Notes under the pieces: generated by a model
What the model was told of the DNA's origin: nothing
Seen by the model: the letters and a program-made list of their open reading frames with translations, nothing else
Databases searched by the model: none
Shown: positions 60,566 to 64,000 of the stretch, piece after piece
How the letters are laid out: every line of letters begins with the position of its first letter
Numbering within the stretch: the first letter of the stretch is position 1
Position numbers and translations under genes: made by a program
DNA from: Candidatus Zhuqueibacterota bacterium
GTDB lineage: Bacteria > Zhuqueibacterota > Zhuqueibacteria > Oceanimicrobiales > Oceanimicrobiaceae
Direction of reading: 5' to 3'
Assembly (NCBI GenBank): GCA_029262005.1
Contig: JAJDAG010000017.1
Coordinates: 13,473 to 77,472, forward strand
DNA: 64,000 nucleotides

Positions 60566-61258
60566 TTAAAGCAATCCGGAATCTGCAAAGCTGAAATAGC
60601 CGGCGTGGCCAACAATAATGTGGTCAAGAACATGAATTCCCACAGCTTCGCAGGCCGTTTTTAACCGGCGCGTAGCCCGCTTGTCCTCTTCGCTTGGACT
60701 TGGATTTCCAGAAGGATGGTTGTGCACAAAAACAACGGATGCGGCAGATTGATTTAAAGCCTCTTTGATGATTTCCCGCGGACTGACGATGCTCTCGGTC
60801 AAACTGCCCTCAAAAAGTGTTTTGTTCAAAATAATGGTATTTCTGCTGGTGAGAAGGATGACCTTAAACACCTCTTTCCCGAGATCCCGTAAGTGAGGCT
60901 TTACAATGCGAAAAACATCTTCACTGCTTCCAATCTTATCACTGATTTTTGTTTTTTCGAGAAAAAGCCGTTTTCCAAGCTCAATTGCAGCCTTAATTTG
61001 TGCTGCTTTAGCCGGGCCGATACCGTTGATTTCACACAATTCGGCGACAGACCGGGTATCCAGTCCTCTGAACCCACCAAAATCATGGATGACCTTTCTG
61101 GCCAAATCAATAGCAGTTGTTTCATGGTTGCCTACACGCAACAATATAGCCAATATCTCAGCATCAGAAAGACTTTCCGGACCTGAGTTGATGAGCCGTT
61201 CACGCGGTCGCTCATTCTCAGGCCAATCCGGTATTTTGGGTGTATATCGAGACATCAA
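60566..61258 (-). CDS. radC: RadC-like JAB/MPN-domain protein (UPF0758)
   Basis: N-terminal HhH region (LSDAEILAILLRVG) and JAMM motif HNHPSGNPSPSEEDKRATRRL. Confidence 0.8.
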   Translation of the reverse strand: MMSRYTPKIPDWPENERPRERLINSGPESLSDAEILAILLRVGNHETTAIDLARKVIHDFGGFRGLDTRSVAELCEINGIGPAKAAQIKAAIELGKRLFLEKTKISDKIGSSEDVFRIVKPHLRDLGKEVFKVILLTSRNTIILNKTLFEGSLTESIVSPREIIKEALNQSAASVVFVHNHPSGNPSPSEEDKRATRRLKTACEAVGIHVLDHIIVGHAGYFSFADSGLL

Positions 61259-61300
61259 TTTTTACCCTGCGCCTTCCACCCTGCCCCAGTCAAAATTCAC

Positions 61301-63241
61301 TTATCGGACCAATAACATTTTCTTTGTTTTCACAAATCCGGATGAACGCAAGCGGTAAACATAAATTCCGGACGGCAGTGGTTCACCCCTGTTGCCCTTG
61401 CCGTCCCAGGTTACTGAATGGTAGCCGGGTTGCTCGTCTTGCTCCACAAGGCTGCGGACCAAACTTCCACTAAGGTTGTAAATGAAAAGTTCTGTGCGTG
61501 GATATTCCTCCAAGCCATTTCCCCGTGTTTCATATTGAATGATGGTGGTAGGGTTAAACGGATTTGGATAATTTTGGTGCAATGCGAACGTCTCAGGCTC
61601 TTCAATTGAAATAGTAAGCACTTGTGAGTACTCAAATGCGCCATCTGTGTCGAGTTGCTTTAGTCTGTACTCGTAAGAATTAACAGCCAGGGCCTGATCC
61701 ACGAAGCTGTAATTCCGGGCTGCAGTCGTAGTTCCATGGCCGGGAGCAAAGCCGACTTTTTTCCAAATGTGCTGCCCTCCTGCTAAACGCTCAATATTGA
61801 AGCCAAAATTATTGCTTTCGCTCAAAGTTGTCCACTGCAAATAAGCGCTATTCCCCGCAGCGTGTCCTTTAAAAACAGCCAATTCCACAGGCACAGTTCC
61901 AAAACCCTGTATCTCGGTGCTCAATTGTAGCGGAGAGCTGGAATAGCCGGCTATTTTACTGCCCAAGTCGCTGCTCTGGTTTTGTGAAAGATAGTACCCA
62001 CGGTACCTAAGTGTGAAAGGGGTGCCAATCCCGTTTGTAAGTAACGGCCCAGTATCTGCATATGACTTTTTGTCGCCGGTATCATTATTATTGACTGAGC
62101 TATTGTCCTGATAATAAAGCTCACGCGCCCCACCTACCGATGAACCAAGCGGAAACAAATAAACAAGGGTTCCTTGCCCTCCTGTAATAAACGTCCAATT
62201 GTTGTCAGGTAAAAGGTTGTTAATATTCTTTTCATAGGGGTCGGCAAGGCCGTCTATAAGCAAGCCTGGTTCAGGATTATTGCCGCTTACGAATTTCATG
62301 CCCAGAGCTGCAGCGTTAAGGTCCACAGACAACCTTCCTTGTGTAACTTCAACGCTGGACAAACTGGGGATTTGAACATCCAAATGACTTGAGTATGGGT
62401 AGTAAAATGCCGGTGGCAGCGGCAAATCAACATCCAGGCTAAAGAAACCAACGCTGACAACCAACGTTGCATCAACTTGGCGAATGACGCGAATCGGACC
62501 ATCCTTGACAAAAACAGCATCGCCCTGCTTGAACTTGAGATCGTCTTCATCAATGTTTTGATTACCCCCAAAGACTGTTATTGTCGCTCTCATTTTGAGG
62601 CGATCAAACAAATCGATACCGTTGCCACCGGCAGACACGGGTATTTTTAAATCCTGAGGCAAGCCATTGACACCATGTCTTAGCTCGTAATAAACAGACT
62701 TTACAGTGTCTGCTCCCACATTGCCCGTATTGTTTTGAAGATGCTCAACGTAATCGGTGAGTTCCGGATCCGGCGTCAGGCTTGTTGACCGATAAAGGTA
62801 GACATACGCCACTTGTGAAGACAATGGATCAAGGACAGTGATTTCATAGCGGCTATAATTTTCAGAATCTATATCAGGAATCCAGGAGCCAAGCGCTCTT
62901 TGGCCGGCATCAGCAGCGAAAAAAACAAGTTCATCATTGTCATCGAGGCCTGGGATATCATCGCCGTTTGGCGGGAAATAGCTACCGGATGTATCAATTT
63001 CATCAAATTGAAACGGGATCGCCTGCCAACTTTGTGAGCTCTCCAGAAAAGAAAACAAAAAAAGCTCACCTTCCTGACTGTCAATATTGACGCCGCTGAA
63101 TTCCTGAAGCGTGTTACCTGAGACAATGACAGGCTCGAGATTTCTCTGCAAGGATGATGCTGTCAAAGCTGAAACAGAGCAAATCAGGTACAACGTACCA
63201 ATGTGCAGTTGCAAGCAGTTTCGCTTGATTCCCATTTGCAT
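61301..63241 (-). CDS. Secreted hypothetical protein with a T9SS C-terminal sorting domain
   Basis: Signal peptide LHIGTLYLICSVSALTASS. C-terminal ALHQNYPNPFNPTTIIQYET...SGIYVYRLRSSGFVKTKKMLL T9SS CTD signature. No catalytic motif recognised. Confidence 0.65.
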   Translation of the reverse strand: MQMGIKRNCLQLHIGTLYLICSVSALTASSLQRNLEPVIVSGNTLQEFSGVNIDSQEGELFLFSFLESSQSWQAIPFQFDEIDTSGSYFPPNGDDIPGLDDNDELVFFAADAGQRALGSWIPDIDSENYSRYEITVLDPLSSQVAYVYLYRSTSLTPDPELTDYVEHLQNNTGNVGADTVKSVYYELRHGVNGLPQDLKIPVSAGGNGIDLFDRLKMRATITVFGGNQNIDEDDLKFKQGDAVFVKDGPIRVIRQVDATLVVSVGFFSLDVDLPLPPAFYYPYSSHLDVQIPSLSSVEVTQGRLSVDLNAAALGMKFVSGNNPEPGLLIDGLADPYEKNINNLLPDNNWTFITGGQGTLVYLFPLGSSVGGARELYYQDNSSVNNNDTGDKKSYADTGPLLTNGIGTPFTLRYRGYYLSQNQSSDLGSKIAGYSSSPLQLSTEIQGFGTVPVELAVFKGHAAGNSAYLQWTTLSESNNFGFNIERLAGGQHIWKKVGFAPGHGTTTAARNYSFVDQALAVNSYEYRLKQLDTDGAFEYSQVLTISIEEPETFALHQNYPNPFNPTTIIQYETRGNGLEEYPRTELFIYNLSGSLVRSLVEQDEQPGYHSVTWDGKGNRGEPLPSGIYVYRLRSSGFVKTKKMLLVR

Positions 63242-63492
63242 TCCCTCCGATTACAAATTTGTGCAGATGCCTTATGGGTGCGAAATCAGCGGTGCGGTTG
63301 TCAAAAAACGGCATTTGAAATTAATACTTGAAAAAGCGAGTCGAAGAACGCCCCAAATAACAGATTCCCGGGACATGCAGCACGAAGCCACGCAGCTTTT
63401 GGCAGTCCGTGTTAATTTGCATTGTTATCTGCTTTGGCGATAAGTGAAACGTGCTCTGGTGATTGTTCCTCTACATTAGGATTGATTTCGGG

Positions 63493-63520
63493 GTTTGATT
63501 TTAACCAAGGAAAATCAAAC
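63493..63520. repeat. Perfect 10-bp inverted repeat with an 8-nt spacer in the 390-nt leader region upstream of the T9SS gene
   Basis: GTTTGATTTT-AACCAAGG-AAAATCAAAC. No U-tract on either strand, so it is not an intrinsic terminator. Candidate protein-binding palindrome or RNA stem. Confidence 0.4.
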
Positions 63521-63630
63521 GCATGAATACTTCTTTATTGTGCGACCACATCCGTTGAAATATGAGTGCTCTCAACTGCTAAAATACGTTCGCCAAACGC
63601 TAATGATTTCATTGTTAAGCACTTCCCTCA

Positions 63631-63828
63631 TTATTTTTTTCTTCTCGCGGACATTGCTCTACTGCTTATTTTTTCAATACTCATACCTTCATCTATTTCT
63701 TGACGCCACTTTGTGTAGTCAAATGGTTCTCTTTGAATAAGCGCGATAAACCGTTCTGCTTCCACGTCTCCGAGATACTGTGCAAGTACCTGAACTCCTT
63801 TTACCTTTATTTCTGTATCGGTAATCAT
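63631..63828 (-). CDS. Small 65-aa protein translationally coupled (ATGA overlap) to the upstream PIN-like gene. Putative antitoxin/partner.
   Basis: MITDTEIKVKGVQVLAQYLGDVEAERFIALIQREPFDYTKWRQEIDEGMSIEKISSRAMSARRKK. Its start codon overlaps the stop of the upstream ORF. Confidence 0.4.
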   Translation of the reverse strand: MITDTEIKVKGVQVLAQYLGDVEAERFIALIQREPFDYTKWRQEIDEGMSIEKISSRAMSARRKK

Positions 63829-64000
63829 GTCGTTGCCTCTTTGATGAACCCGATTGGGTCCGTGATTTTGATGCTTTTTACATGAGTAGCCTTTTTAAGG
63901 ACGCCATCATCAGTCGTTAGGAAGTATTCCGCTCTTGCCTTTATAGCGCAAGATATGTGCAAAGAGTCTATCTTCAAGATGCCATGTTGACTGATCAGGG
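63825..64000 (-). CDS. C-terminal part of a PIN-domain-like protein (putative toxin); the gene continues beyond the window edge
   Basis: Minus-strand translation ...LISQHGILKIDSLHISCAIKARAEYFLTTDDGVLKKATHVKSIKITDPIGFIKEATT then stop. The D.LH...A......FLTTD pattern is typical of PIN-domain C-termini. Confidence 0.35.
   Translation of the reverse strand, partial: LISQHGILKIDSLHISCAIKARAEYFLTTDDGVLKKATHVKSIKITDPIGFIKEATT

Noticed and set aside
1-64000. Search for tRNA, rRNA, tmRNA and RNase P signatures, and for transposase, integrase or phage genes
   Set aside because: No T-loop or anticodon-arm-like cloverleaf candidates and no conserved RNase P/tmRNA boxes were recognised in the intergenic regions. 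No transposase, integrase or phage-like coding sequences were seen. The window looks like core chromosome rather than a mobile island.

Overview
This 64 kb window appears to be chromosomal DNA from a Bacteroidota/FCB-group (Ignavibacteria-like) bacterium. The basis is SusC/SusD genes, two proteins with T9SS C-terminal sorting domains, and few Shine-Dalgarno sites. About 45 of 46 genes lie on the minus strand; the only clear plus-strand gene is a DEAD-box helicase.

Gene content in window order:
- purL (partial).
- An NHL-repeat protein.
- uvrC and methylmalonyl-CoA epimerase.
- An ECF sigma factor with a zinc-finger anti-sigma factor.
- A 1239-aa secreted TPR protein.
- A UvrD/PcrA helicase, mltG, a Nudix hydrolase, a CPBP protease, a D-cysteine desulfhydrase-like enzyme and an M50 protease.
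- A four-gene partner-switching module (STAS antagonist, RsbW-like kinase, GAF-PP2C, REC-PP2C) with no sigma factor nearby.
- An FN3/beta-propeller lipoprotein, a REC-PAS-GAF regulator and an OMP-barrel/TPR fusion.
- lon.
- A tight shikimate operon aroA-aroE-aroC-aroK-aroQ. Its last gene is fused to a GAF domain resembling free methionine-R-sulfoxide reductase.
- A 1.1 kb AT-rich gap with a frameshifted lipoprotein gene.
- A DASS anion symporter.
- A polysaccharide-utilization locus (PUL) for amino sugars: ECF sigma, FecR anti-sigma, SusC-like transducer, SusD, two periplasmic PIG-L/LmbE deacetylases, MFS permease, ROK kinase, an 879-aa orphan secreted enzyme and nagB.
- A decayed trp locus: an apparent trp leader peptide with tandem Trp codons and an intrinsic terminator, an internally deleted trpE and an intact trpG.
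- A PQQ-propeller T9SS protein, a DEAD-box helicase, mutL, radC and another T9SS protein.
- A toxin-antitoxin-like gene pair at the window edge.

I found no rRNA, tRNA, CRISPR array, transposase or integrase.

The most notable items are three. First, the GlcNAc/chitooligosaccharide PUL uses LmbE-type deacetylases plus an uncharacterised 879-aa enzyme and has no recognisable GH18/GH20 or NagA. Second, the trp attenuator sits upstream of a mini-TrpE, next to a duplicated LmbE gene fragment. Third, AroQ is fused to an fRMsr-like GAF domain.
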